DNA of 51,688 nucleotides from Perkinsus chesapeaki ATCC PRA-425 (lineage: Eukaryota > Protista > Perkinsozoa): contig JAAPAO010000217.1 of assembly GCA_013115145.1 (NCBI GenBank), positions 1 to 51,688 of the forward strand. Direction: 5' to 3'. How positions within the stretch are numbered: the first letter of the stretch is position 1; every line of letters begins with the position of its first letter. The notes under the pieces are model-generated. The model had not been told where the DNA came from and did no database searches. It saw nothing but the letters and a program-made list of their open reading frames with translations. The translations under genes and the position numbers were made by a program. This document shows positions 22,447 through 35,345 of the stretch, one piece after another.

Positions 22447-24586
22447 TCAAGCTACAACAGGTTCTTCTTCGATCACTTCAGGAGCAGATGCCTTCTTGAA
22501 AACACTCGTTTCAGATGTGCTGAAATGTTTACTTTCACGTCAACCAATAAGCCCAAGCTCACCTATTGCCGGCGGGTATAAGGCAAACAGGAGGTTGTTC
22601 GTAATCACCATCATCCAGTAACTTGCACAGATAACCTTGGAAATCGGTGTAAACACTTCCGGGCATATCAGTGCCGTCGGGCTTCGTCAACAGGGGGCCC
22701 TGAATTACGTCAAATCCTAGCCGAACAGAGATGAGCGAGACCAACGATTTTGATGAGAACTCACCCCAGTAATCGGCATTGAAACCTTGGCGGTGGCGTT
22801 TTTGGCCCCCATAAAGAGTTCTTGATTCATGGTGTAGTTGTAGTGGCAATGCTCTACAGCGCCAAACTTAGCACCCTGACAAGATATACAAATAAATGGA
22901 GAGACGACAGGAGAGTTCCGCAAAGAAACGCGTCCCAGCTTGCGCTGGTAGCAAAAGCGACAAAACCGACAAGATACAAGGTCGTACACAAGCAACAAGA
23001 GCGAAAAACTGTCCTCTTAGGGAGTACCCCTCAAGTTAAACATTTCCTCCTAGTGAAATAGTTCTGGTACAAGGCTGTAGTGAATACTTGAGACTTACAG
23101 TGAATCCAGGGACCACGCCAATGCATCCTGCGGCAACTGCCTCAAGCTTGAATTGAAACTGTAAGACAGACTGACACTTTAACGACTCTGAGTTGTACCC
23201 AAAAAGCCATAACGTCGGTGAAATTAGCAAGACGGTTAGTCATACAGGCGACTGTTGCCAAAGCACTGGCGGCATCCCCATCAAAAGCATCTAACAAATT
23301 GAAATGATCAAGGCAAACGCGAGTACTGACTTACCAACGACACATCTCTGATAAGCGTTAAGAGCGCATTCTGAAGTGCCATGAACACAATAAGCCGCTC
23401 CACCGAAAGAAGTAACCATTTGGCCATAGGGAACCAGAGAGATATTAAGGTTGGCGTATCTGATAGAAAAATAATAAAATGATAGGTCGCCACATTTACC
23501 CATCAAATGCAGTCAGCGCCGGGTTAAGCTGATCGCTGATGAAAGTCGTACTGGCGGGATCCAGCGAGCCATAGTATCTGATGATAGCCACCTAACAAAT
23601 TGGACGCTGCGTGTAGATCTACAAATTGAGGGAAATTGTTGGTCTGCAGACTCGCGGCATGACGAAACTGTTATTCTTCAAATATCCACAAACGTAAGTC
23701 TTGAAATCGGCGTAAGCTTCTGAAAGCTGCTTGCCATCGGCATCCGTGAGCCACGGCACATACTGAAAACAACAAGATGCAACATGACGCTGGAGGGGAG
23801 TTGTCTCACCTCCTTAGGTGGGTCTAAACTGTCCGTGTTGTTCTTCGCAGCATCCTCCAATTTGGCAGACCATTCAGGTGAAGTGTAACACATTTCGACT
23901 TCGGCAAATCTCATTCCCTAAAAACTAACATACGATAAGGAAATGTGTAATAGACACGTACATCAAAAGTAGATCCTTCTTCCATGCAGGTTAAAGCAAA
24001 AGTCTCCATCGGTATCTATAAAATAGCGGATACCTTTATCTAGAGCAATACTACCTACATAATCAACGCCGGTGAAATTATAATTCTTGAAAGCTTTTTC
24101 CATACAGAGAATGACCGGCAAGTACTTGGCGGGATCGTTGTCCATAACATCTGAACATGCGCAACGTCCGACTAGATATATCCGTTAAAATCAGCTTACC
24201 AATGACGCATCTATGATATGCGTTACCGGCACACTCGATGTCACCGTGCTGGCAAGTTCCGTTACGAACGTTCCCATAAGGAACAAGCTGTAAATCCAAA
24301 TTCACAAACCTGATATGATAATTCAAACAAACAACGAAGAGATAGCTCAGCTCACTTAGCGGTTTCAGGGTCATCTACGAATGGAGCCACTTGGTCAACC
24401 ATAAACCTTTGGCAATACGGGCAGAGGGTCTCGTAGTACCTGAATATAATGAATGAAATTAGGCGAACATCGAGCGGCTTACAGTTTAAAATGCATGGTT
24501 GGGGGAGGGGGAGAAGATACGCTTTTGTAAGCTGAGTAACCGGTGAAGGCTGCGACGGCTGCAACGGCGGAAACTATTTTAATCAT
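22447..24586 (-). CDS. GILT (gamma-interferon-inducible lysosomal thiol reductase) family protein with two tandem domains
   Basis: Signal-like MIKIVSAVAAVAAFTGYSA. Domain 1: YYETLCPYC...LVPYGN...CQHGDIECAGNAYHRC...YVPWL. Domain 2: YYGSLDPAS...LVPYGQ...CVHGTSECALNAYQRC. Probable end ...EEEPVVA*. Confidence 0.88.
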
Positions 24587-25080
24587 AGCGACTTGGACTA
24601 GATAACAGCCTGCATGTACTGTTTAATAGATGGAGAGGAATTCGTAAGATTATAAGCATTCACGGCTCTACTGGTGAAAAGCGATGCCGAAGTCTGGCCG
24701 TTTCAAGGAGTTTGCGCACTGCGAAGGATATTTGCGCATGCGTGCAGATTGAATAAACGCGCAATACGGAATGCGATTGCGCAGTCGTACTGTATTGATA
24801 ATTGAAAAGGTCACTTTCGCACTTCATAAGAATCGTACAATATTGCTGATCGTTTGACGAGGAGATTTTCAAGCTGTGGGAGATGTCATAAGTCACACTG
24901 TGGCGATCAATCTATAATCGATCATAGTTTTACCACTGTCTCCTTGGCCTGCGCATGCGTGCAAGCCTTGACATCAATTGCATGATTATTACACAAAACA
25001 ACATCAATTACCATTGAAATACAATGCATTATCTAGACTCATCCGTGCATTCCCAAACAACCTAAGATTCGAGTTAGATT

Positions 25081-25337
25081 TTAAGTAGACTCCCATTTGT
25101 CAATGTCAACTGTGCAATCCATTTCACTGAGCAAGTCGACCAGCTCGTTCCATATCTTACGGGACATGGACCATACTGAGGCCATCCTCCGATCATGTCG
25201 ACGGGCAAAATCAATACAACTTGACAATCTTCAAAATTAACTTTTTCATCAGACGCAGAATACTTTTCGCTCGCCCAAAAATTGATTAAGATGATCTCTT
25301 TGTTGTTGTTTGATGTCCGTTGTAAAAATATCGCCAT
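25081..25337 (-). CDS. Small hypothetical protein (5' end uncertain)
   Basis: MAIFLQRTSNNNKEIILINFWASEK|LSSCIDFARRH...IWNELVDLLSEMDCTVDIDKWEST* across one GT-AG intron. Confidence 0.4.
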
Positions 25338-28300
25338 ATGAGAAAGAGCTAGGATTGGCTATTAACAAATTAAGGAGTCTTACCGCAAAACAAGGTGAGG
25401 AAAGTGTTGCACTTAACAAATGAATAGATCTTTGTAACGGTGTGAACAAGCACTTTAACATGAAAGCCATTTGACTGTGGAGAACTAAACAACTGAGATT
25501 CCTTGTCGAATTTCAAGCCCATAATTGAGCAGTCACTAGGGGTATAATATCATAAAAATAGATCGAATGTTTGTCGTTGTTTGGTTGCTCGGTGATTCGA
25601 ACCATCAACGGGTTGATATTTACGTTTATTATTATTTATCTTATTTTGATACCATCTGATATCCAGTTCGAGCACAAATCGAAATGCGTAATATAAAGAA
25701 ATTGCAAAAACGATACCGATCTTATTAGTTATATTGTGTCATGCCATTGTAATTGGAAGCAAACAATAATGTCACCAATATTGACCAATTTGCTACCATT
25801 AATTTACTCTGCATGTCATAGTTAACCTCCTGGTTGAATCCAGCAAATATTCAAGTGAATTTGAGGTGTCCCAAAAAGCAGTGTAACATGTACCGGAATG
25901 ATAGTATTAATATTCAAATTTGGCTACGGATCCGGTCATTCGCTTTTTCGTTGTTTCAGGGCCGCTCGCTGCTCGTTCAGAGAGTACTATCGCTTTGATG
26001 ACTCGAAATAAAAAGGGTTGTAGAACTATCAAAAGGAAAGTCACTAAATCTGGTAAAGATATTTAAAAATTAATGAGTAGTGGTTTATTTATCTTTGAAG
26101 AAATTTAGAAACTAGTCTCGGAACTCGGAAGCCCATTTCACTTAAATCGCCTCCAGGAGATAGAGAAACGTTGATTCTCACCGTTCCGGTCACCACAAGC
26201 GATCTTTTGGCAAATTATTTTACAGATGGAATAACATAATGGAACAATATAATTAGTTTTATGCATACTTTTAAATCAATAGTTTTTTGTCGAGATAATA
26301 AAGTGTCTGGTCGAACTGTTGGGGTATCTTTTGCCGCTCTAGCTCGAACTTCAATCACCAAACTTTATACTGGATTTGCCGGACTGCCGGAAATTTGGTA
26401 ATGGATAATGTCCCCATTTTTCCTGAAATTTTCCGCGTACCGATTAGTGTTCGGCCGGATTCATTCCCCCCTTCCCCTCAGAAATGCGTTCTTCTCCTGC
26501 TGATCTTGGTGTTAATCGCGTTAATCGTGAAAGGTAATAGTGAGGGAAGATTTACGGTGGAGATGTCCGACAGCTACTGTCATGTTACCGAATCTGAAAT
26601 CCATTCCCAAATTAATTTTTACTCGTCGTTCGCACCGATCGACGAGGCAGAAATCCAATCCAGCGAAGTGTATCAGCTTTGCTGTATTCAGAAGAATGAC
26701 GATCATATTGTGGAAGCAGATGAGAATGAAATTACAGTTCTTACCTGCTTCGCTCGTAGGGGGCGCTATCAATATTACTAATATTCTCCCAAGTTCGAAG
26801 AGTATTGAATCATTATGAATGATATACAACGGTGATAGATATGTAAAGATGTGATTATTCATATTCGATAATATTGAATTTATTAGTATTATAGGACTTG
26901 TTTTTAGGTATGAAGAGCTTTACCGTAATTACAGTAATCCGAGATTTCTGGCATCGGTGCCAATAAAAAAGGTAATCAGCTCGTTACGATATTTTTACAT
27001 ATAGTATTTAGCGGCTGACAAAAGAGAGGCAGGAGGCAGCAACGCCGAAACAACAAGCAAAAAATGAAGGTCATATTTTTGCCGGGCATTCCGATATTTT
27101 TCCGTGAAATTTTCCGGATTTTCTTGTCTGATATGACACAAAAAAGGAGACAATAATCATGCGGGTGAATGATTATAATTTAATTGCTGGGAGTACGGAT
27201 GTTTGGTTCGTAATAAGCCCCGCGCATGCATTAGATTCTCAATCGTAAAATGTGTCGTAATTTCATATGGTCAGCATTCTCGTTGTTAATCTTGTAGTAG
27301 AGGTTCTGGGGATGATGGTACCGAAGAATAGGAAACGTTTGACGAACGCCTAGCTCGTGATTCGACAGATTTGGGAAAAATGGACGGTCGAATATGGATC
27401 CCGTATAGATGTATCCGAGAAAGCGGTCGAAATGGCAAGGAGGAAATACGAAGGGCGGCCTATAAATGGCAAAATGCAGTAATAGTTGGAGGGAAGTGGA
27501 TTTCCGTTGAAGAAATGTTAGGGATTTACGGCCCGATATGTTATTGAATTAATTAAACTTGAACCAATAATGTTTTCACATTGAGGAAGACGTGACTCTT
27601 ATTATCCTCATTATGGGACTATTTGGTCGTTTGGATTTGATCAAATACACTTGATGTCTTCGGTGTTTGAGCGGACTCGATGTTGAGATTGTTTCTGTAG
27701 GCGAAGTGGAGATAATGACCAAGTTGCGAGAAGGAATGTGGAAAGGAGAAATGCAGTAAAAAGGAAAATACGGGAAGGTCATAAAACCGGGCTGTAGATA
27801 CCATAACATAGGGAAATCAGAAAGATATTGGCATTCCTAGAAATGGTCCAAGTTGAGGATGGCCATGAATTTAGAGAAAAAAGAGAAATCTTTTTGTGAT
27901 GGATGGGCCTCTCCAGTCATCTCGCCACGCGAAAGACAAATGGTTTGTTTTTAAAAGTTGAAAAACTCGGCGACCCTTTGGCAAAAATCGGGGGTCGCTT
28001 GTACATTTTAATAATAGTATAAGTTATAATTGTTTGGCGGTGCAAGTGAGCCGAACTTCGGCTGCCGAAGAGTGAGAAATGTGTACAATATATTTCCACG
28101 GGACCGGTCGTGCGGCTGGCTCTTCTCCTTCCAACGGAGCGTTTGGTGTCGGACGTCTGCTGGCTTTCGTGAGCTGCTTCGCCGCATCTAGTTGTTAAAA
28201 TAAGATTTTTTGGTGCAGAGAGCGCCAGGAAATTCTATATAAGAATCTCAGTTGAATTTTGTGTAATGTCAGAATTCCAGATGGTTCATTGTCTTGGAAG

Positions 28301-28449
28301 ATGCCCCCCTCCCGGGAAGTGGATCCTTGAGATTGTTATTTCTGTCAGCACCTTCGTCGGCTAATTTGTCAAGTACACAGAGAATAGCGAATCCATTGGG
28401 CGAAGAGGAGCTCAATGAGTTTCGATCATTGCTGGTGGAATATTTCGGT

Positions 28450-28590
28450 AAAAGGAGGATATTTTTTTGGAAAAAAATATGGAAATTTCGCGGACATTTA
28501 TGAAGATTTAGGTTAAATCTTGTATTTTTCCGGAAAATTGGTGGGAAGTTTGGGAAAATCTTGCGAAATTCGGGTGACGCAGTTTTTTCG
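28450..28590. other. Phased A/T-tract segment (about 10-11 nt period)
   Basis: A/T runs start at about 28450, 28462, 28471, 28483, 28496, 28506, 28513, 28525, 28534, 28546, 28555, 28566 and 28583, separated by GG/CC/CG-rich spacers. Confidence 0.6.
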
Positions 28591-29299
28591 GGACTTCGAG
28601 AGATTCCGCGCAAGTTTCCTAGGTAGCAGTGGTTTAGAATTTCTGTAATCGATTCTACGAATCGATCATCTAATCGATCTTCGCTATGGATCCTTTGCTT
28701 TACTTGCCCACACCAGCGCCCTGGTTGCCTGTGAACGGACGGTCGCCGATTCTTAGGCTCCCGGCGAAAAGCTCTTCTTTTCATCGATGACAACAACTCG
28801 GGCGAAATTTCGAGATCGGAATTCGAAATTGCCATTTCCACACTGATAACACGGAGCAGTCATCCTGGAGGGCTGAGGGCTTTGCAGAGGAAGAGTGTTT
28901 TGCAAGATATGGATGATGAATCAAGTAAGAGTCCTTTGGATTCATCTCATTTCCTTCGGACGCGTACGAGTACCAACGATCCTCGAGAGATTTTCTTGGA
29001 GCGATGGAGCTTTTGCCGCCCGGGCTCTTCTTGCATTCCTATCTTATCCTCGACTGGTTCGGATTCCTATCAAGTTGGATCTAGAAAGAGTAATAGCATA
29101 TACTAAAATGCTGCGAGTAAGCCTTGCTTATGTATACATATTTATAAAATAATGCACCGAACGTCACTTCTTTCAACGGGTAGAAATATAATATACAAAC
29201 TTCAATCCCTATCACTCTCTAATAGATGGTCATATGAGCTACTTTATAATAGTAGTCATCGGGGAGGCTATAGGTGTTCTATACTTTATATCCCTGAAG

Positions 29300-30290
29300 T
29301 GTACGCGCTTACTTATCAAGTGATCTAATACGGATTACGTTGCGGGCTCGGTTTGGGTGTCCAGAAGAATGCCCTCCAAGGCTGTTCGTACTAGTTGGGA
29401 TATCTTAGCTGGAATTCCAGTTTTGAAGTGTGATGTTTTCCGCCAGGTGTTTATGTTCGCTTTGCAGAGTTCCTCAAGCAAGCTGCAAACGGCGCTTATT
29501 ACACCGATCGTTTATTTAAAGTAGAAAAAGAAAACGTATATTCGTGAAACGCTTCGCTCCGCCTGGAATTCGTCAGACTCTTGATGCTGATGGTAGTGGT
29601 TCAATATCAGCCGATGAGCTTCTGCCGTTGCCGCCGCCTGAACCGTTATTTAAGGAGTGGAATCTTTTGAATACAGATGAGAAGTGGAACCGGTGAGTGG
29701 CTGGAGATGAGGCGAGTTGGTGTGGTTGATGGTATTCAATTTCAAGAACATGCAGGGAGATATGCGCCGTGGTTCGTGAGCGTGTAAAGTATGAATGATT
29801 TCTTATGGAATCGGCGACTGATTATCATTATAGTGCTTGCTTATTAACATTGAAAGGATGTCACCGAGGGAGGATTCGGGGGATGCTGCATGAAGTATTA
29901 TACTTTATGTTTCCGGGCTGTGAAATGCTATACGGTGGTACGGTTGGATCATTCAGGTATCTTGGAGAGTCTGTACAGATGCCGGATAGACTTCTTTCGG
30001 GGGACGAAGAGGTCGGCGGATGTAAGGTTGCATTTTGACCTATTGTGTATCTTTCAAGCTTCGAGCTTGGATATTCCGGAGGCCAGTGTTTTTCAGCCCA
30101 CCCTCTCCAGAGCCTACTATCCACCAGACTTCTAGTACATTCGCGAGACCCTCTCTGGGCAGGTGAGAGAGTTGTAATCGTCGTTGACTGTGGCAGACAT
30201 TGCCAGAGAAATTAGGACGAACTTGGTTAAGATATCCGTGGCTATTGATGCTTTACATGGGGCTCTACAAAACTTGAGAAAATAATGCTG
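29300..30290 (+). CDS. EF-hand-containing protein exons (may be the 5' part of the downstream gene)
   Basis: LFK|TLDADGSGSISADEL joined across intron 29521-29576 gives a canonical 12-residue EF-hand loop. Confidence 0.65.
29545..29564. repeat. Copy 2 of the 20-nt intronic motif TGAAACGCTTCGCTCCGCCT
   Basis: Lies in intron 29521-29576 of a plus-strand gene; identical to 10208-10227. Confidence 0.85.
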
Positions 30291-30619
30291 GACAATTTTG
30301 GTAGCGAATGGATCTTGAGTAATTTGGTGAACTACATCTAAATTCGGCACAACTGTAGACAGGCATATGATATATTCTGCTGTGGTTTAGAGGCGGTGGC
30401 TCGAGATAGGGAGAGTCGACTCGGCCGGTTGCTGAAATTGGAAAGAGAAAAGCATTTTATGCGAATGAACAAACCAGCACTGTACAGTTATAGCAAACAA
30501 ACGACGCGAGGGACAGGCGCTGGGTGAGTTGACATTTCGGTAGCAAGAATTCATTAAGGGTCGAGTCTTGGATGCATTAGAACAACAATCTTGTGAAGGA
30601 TCGTACATCTGGGATTTTC

Positions 30620-32475
30620 AGTACTGATAAGAATTGACAATGTGGTTTCGCTGGGCTCAATGGAATCGTGAGAGACTGCATCTGAAATTGACTATAGAGT
30701 TAACAAGGCAATCACTTCGGGATGTACACAATCTCTGTTGAAGTATAAATTGATCCTGTGTGATTCCAGCCTCACTATTGGCGTTGGCGAACTCACACTT
30801 GACTGCAGCTACTCGGCGAAGTGTGGTGGATTATTGTGTTTTAGAGATTACGGCTTTCGTGCGAGGGATGATGTGAAGAAAACGACAAAGTCAATACAAG
30901 TGTATTTGAAAGGTAGCAGCAGAAATTCCGATACCGGGACTCGAACCCGGGTCGCCTGGGTGAAAGCCAGGTATCCTAACCAGCTAGACTATATCGGAAG
31001 GTGTTCGAAAAGTGGATTTGAACTCGGCTTGGATTTCAGACCTGAATCAATCCCGTCGTGATCTTCATAACGCCCGCGTACAACTGGCTGCTCTTTTGAA
31101 AAGATCGTCTAGGAATGCACAGCGTCGCGCTGAGTAAGTCCACATCGATACACAATCTTCTCCATGCAACCAGTTCGTCGGTGTTATATCTGGCGTTCTC
31201 ATTTCAGAGCGGCTGTTGAGAAAGAGAGGGTCAGACTGGAGGAGGAAGCCAGAAGGTAGGAGCTTGTCTGCTACTACGTGATGATATCATCGCGAAAAAT
31301 ATTTTTAATTTTGGTTAATTGTATTACCGATTTGTAGATATTATGTAGGAATTAGATCCTTTTGGAAATTCACTTTCTGGAATATCTACTCGACAAATGA
31401 GAGTTTCGAAGTGGAACTACGAAGAAGCGTTTGCTGGGAAAACCCATCCGTAGCATGACTCTCCAGAGAATTGGAGAAATAGTCCTCATAGGATTTCCAA
31501 AAGTCATTGATAATGAACATGAAGCGTGTTAGCGGTGACTGATAAATTAATGTCTTCACATTACGCTACGTTCGGGGATTTGGGTGAGAGAAAAATTAAT
31601 GGATGTTTACAGTGTTGTTATTTTCAGAGCAGCTGTGGTCCGTCATCGGTCCAACACAGTCCTGTCTTCTATGAGATTCAGCCAAAGTGAATTGGTGAGC
31701 TTTCGGACATTCTCAACAAGCAGGCCACTGACGGCTCGGGTGGTGCAGGTGATTCCGGAGGAAGATGACGAGCTCAGTGAGGAGGAGTCGGTGAACTCTG
31801 TGGAGATTAGAAGGCAGCAAAATATCGAACGGAAGCGATGTAGTGAGGGGTCAGGGAGTCAAAGAGGAACGCTGGCGGTATTAACAGCTTCTGGACTCGA
31901 AAGAGTGATTGCGATAAGGAAGAGCAATATAGAATTATCAACGCTGCAGTGGTATTGTTGAGGGACATCGCGACACAACTGTTGAAAAATCATAACACCG
32001 GCGAATCAGACTGGCGAGGTTAATCAAAATTTTTTGTTAGGAGTGAATTCGTATCGGGAATCTGTAAAATATATTGCTTTGGGGCTCAGTAGGGGACTTA
32101 ATTTCCACGTCATTTCCACGGCTCGCCTTTCAGCCATCATACAGCCTCTGGCGGATGATCTCAAGCATCGATACAGTCGGAGCAGGTCTGACAAACATCC
32201 TTTAGTTCACTTCACCAAAGGGGAATGAGTCAGCTGCTTGGTTTGTAGAATAAACGGTATAATTGGAAACATGGACTGGGACGGTCGCACAGTGTAACAT
32301 TGAATTTGAGATATGGGGAGGGGTTGAGTTGAGGGAAAATCGGTATGAGAGATTCGGACGAGTTTTTGATTCTGAAAATATGGCGGCAAAGGACATCCCA
32401 TCCGACTTGAAAAAACAGATGCAGCGGTCGCTAGTAAAGGTAGTTGAGAAAATACAAGATAGAGCAAGATTGTGA
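30620..32475 (+). CDS. Hypothetical coiled-coil protein, host of tRNA-Glu (boundaries approximate)
   Basis: In-frame joins DYGFRARDDVKKTTKSIQVYLK|DLNQSRRDLHNARVQLAALLKRSSRNAQRRAE|AAVEKERVRLEEEARR, and a probable last exon ...KIQDRARL*. Confidence 0.5.
30926..30998 (-). tRNA. tRNA-Glu(UUC), antisense within intron 30913-31039
   Basis: 73-nt cloverleaf TCCGATA TA GTCT AGCTGGTTA GGAT A CCTGG CTTTCAC CCAGG CGAC CCGGG TTCGAGT CCCGG TATCGGA A; all stems pair. Confidence 0.96.
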
Positions 32476-35345
32476 TGTTGTTGTTAGCACACCGATATGG
32501 TGGGGGATTCTAGTGGAGAAGTAGTTGATATGATAGTGGGGGCAATTGATAAGCATTCCACTCCAGAGGGGGTCAACATGGAGGTAATGAAAATGGAAGG
32601 AAATACGAAAATATAAATTCGGGTTATTAAATATAATCAATAAAACAATATATTTTTTCTCGGGCGGCGGCACCCCTTCCACCAGGCAGGAGTACAGCTG
32701 CGGGCTCAGTCCCTCGTAAAAGGATGAGCAGCCCTATGAAGTCTAGAGGCGGGAATATGCCCCATAGGGATACCGGAGGCCCCAAACAATATATTAATGA
32801 ATATAGATATATGTTTATAATTAATAATATATTAAATTGTCGTTTGGGTTTATATATGTATAGATGGGTGTCGGGAAGCTGTCGGTGTTATGTTATATTC
32901 TGGTAAAGGCGAATGTGATAGAGTAGGCCGCCACTGGGTACTGAATGCGGTCCAGCACGTCGGAGAAGGGATGTCAGATAGAACATGTCTGTCACATAGC
33001 AGATACACTGTGGTACTTCGGGACTGGTATTGTTTAATCTCCTAGTCGGTGGAGTGGCATGAATCTTGAAGCACGAAACGATTTATAGATTTAATGAACC
33101 ACGTTTGCCAATCATCAAGTTGCTCAATACTTGACGGTTAACTTACTTTATTATGAAGTGGAATTTTATCTTGTACTTGTACTGTATGTACAGCTCTATA
33201 TTGAACTCCCGAACAGCGTTGATGAAATTCTCGGGACTGCGCGAGCCTCCTTGAGAGGTCGACAAGCCGCTGGATCTGCGTGGGGATTTGAGTCATCACT
33301 GACCTGCAGTCTGGATGGTATTGAATGTTTTAGGCCGCAAGCAGATTAATTAAAGATTCACTTGATAAGCAGTATGGTCTAACATGGCATTGCGTAATGG
33401 GTAAAGGGTTTAGTTTCGATGTTACAGCTCAGGTGGGTGGAGGGGACTTTGGAAAATACCGGAGTAAAGTAGCAGGAGTGAAACTTGTTGATCGCAGTAT
33501 AGCTCTCTGGAACGACTAGTGTAACTGAGTCACATGCACTGGAGCAGTAGTGTAGGGTCCCACGTGTTTGTAGCCATTAGGACAACTGAGGCGAAGTCTG
33601 AGCGTTAGGATTGGTGCGGAAATCGACGGGTTCGATAAGTGGTTGTAGACGGTGATGCGACTGCTAGGCAATGAAATTATATCATAAAGTACGATAGGAC
33701 TCCCTCGGAGTCACATTAAGTCGCGGAAGGGTTGCAAGGGTTGATTTGGTAGACAATGAACGAACTGATATCCTCTATCAATTTTAAACTGGGTGTACTG
33801 TTGTGACCTTACAGGGCTGATTCAGCTCAGCGCATTCCGAAAACTCTCCAGCTCGCCTGCTGTACCACGGCACTACTACCGAATAGACTACAGCAGGAGC
33901 TGTAGCTGCCTTCCTTTCAGAACGGTTCGATGATGTATTGCTTCTATCAAGGTGACATTGCCATACTTGTATTCAAGTGCTAGGAGAACTACTGCTGCTG
34001 CCGCTGCTGCCATGTGGTGTCGTACTGGATGATCGATTTTCGCTTTGAGTTAAGTTAATCTAAATGTGATGACGGTGCTGCTTTGGTGAGGAGTTATAAA
34101 GTTTAGTGGTCCTAGAGATTCCTATAGGGAATCTTGGGCAAGTAGGATTACCGATGCGAGTTCGATTTAAAACTTACTGCTGCTAAGTTTGTTACTTCAT
34201 CTCACTCACGGAGTGCATAAGTGCGTAGTTAGTTACTTAATTATAAACTTTGGTGCTGATGATCTAGACTTCATGCAGGTTCGCTGAATCCCTTTAGTGC
34301 TTCAGGCAAATGGGGACATTATACATTCGATTTGGGCTAGTAGATCATCGGAAAAGGACATACAGCATTGTGTGAACGGAGCACGGCTTACGACAAGCTT
34401 GATCGTAGTCGATTCTAAGCTTCGTTACCGTCAATGATGCCGCAGCCTGACTTAAGGCAAAAAAAAGCACAGACACCGCCGCAGTTAGACGGCGGAGGCT
34501 TTGGTGACACGAGTAGTGCTCAAGAACACAGTACTCGCGGCCAGGATTCCTTCTTCATTTTCTGGAATCGACGATGAGGCGCTACTCTCCGGTGACCATT
34601 GATATAAGCCCCAATCTCAGAATAGCTATCAAGACAATCCTTTGAGTTGTTTGTCGTTTGAACTGAACTCGGGTTCGGCGCCGCCCACTAGACTCCATGA
34701 CAAGTTGGATGATCGATAAGGTGTCCTCCAAACGGCAAATCGAAGGCTTACTTGGAGAGCACTTGATAGTATTACGTATAGGCATACATCCCAGCCGAGA
34801 ACGGCTTTCTTTAAACGGCGGGTTTTTCAAAGGCCATAAATCTTTCTCCGCCCAGCAAGCCCTACAGGGTAGTATAATGGCGCAGCGCCTCCTTATAAAG
34901 AGGATTGTCGCATAGGCTTGGTGAAGTGAAGAGATCACTGGATACTATAGAACAGAATCGTGGATGACATAGAAGTGGAAAGAAAAGGAATCGCAAGCAT
35001 GAGTTCTTCTCGGATGCTCTGAAAATCTGTCTTTGGCAGCCCTGTTCTCTTCCGCATTCCAAATAACATAAATAACAATAAATAATAATCTCCTCACCAT
35101 CTTGGTGGTAGGGTACTCGGAGGAATCTCCAGAGAGATACAAGATAGATGATAAGCTATCACGGATGTCGGATGGTGTGGCCTATAGATGGTATAAAGAA
35201 GGAGACTACATTCAAGAAGTTTCCCTTAATAATTGCCTCAATAAGGGGGTCTACTGCTACGTGGCAATTGATCCAACACAGTGAGTCGTGTACGTAGCCC
35301 CCACTTTATTTCTTGTTTTGGAAGGTCGTCGTCGGCGTCGTCAAG

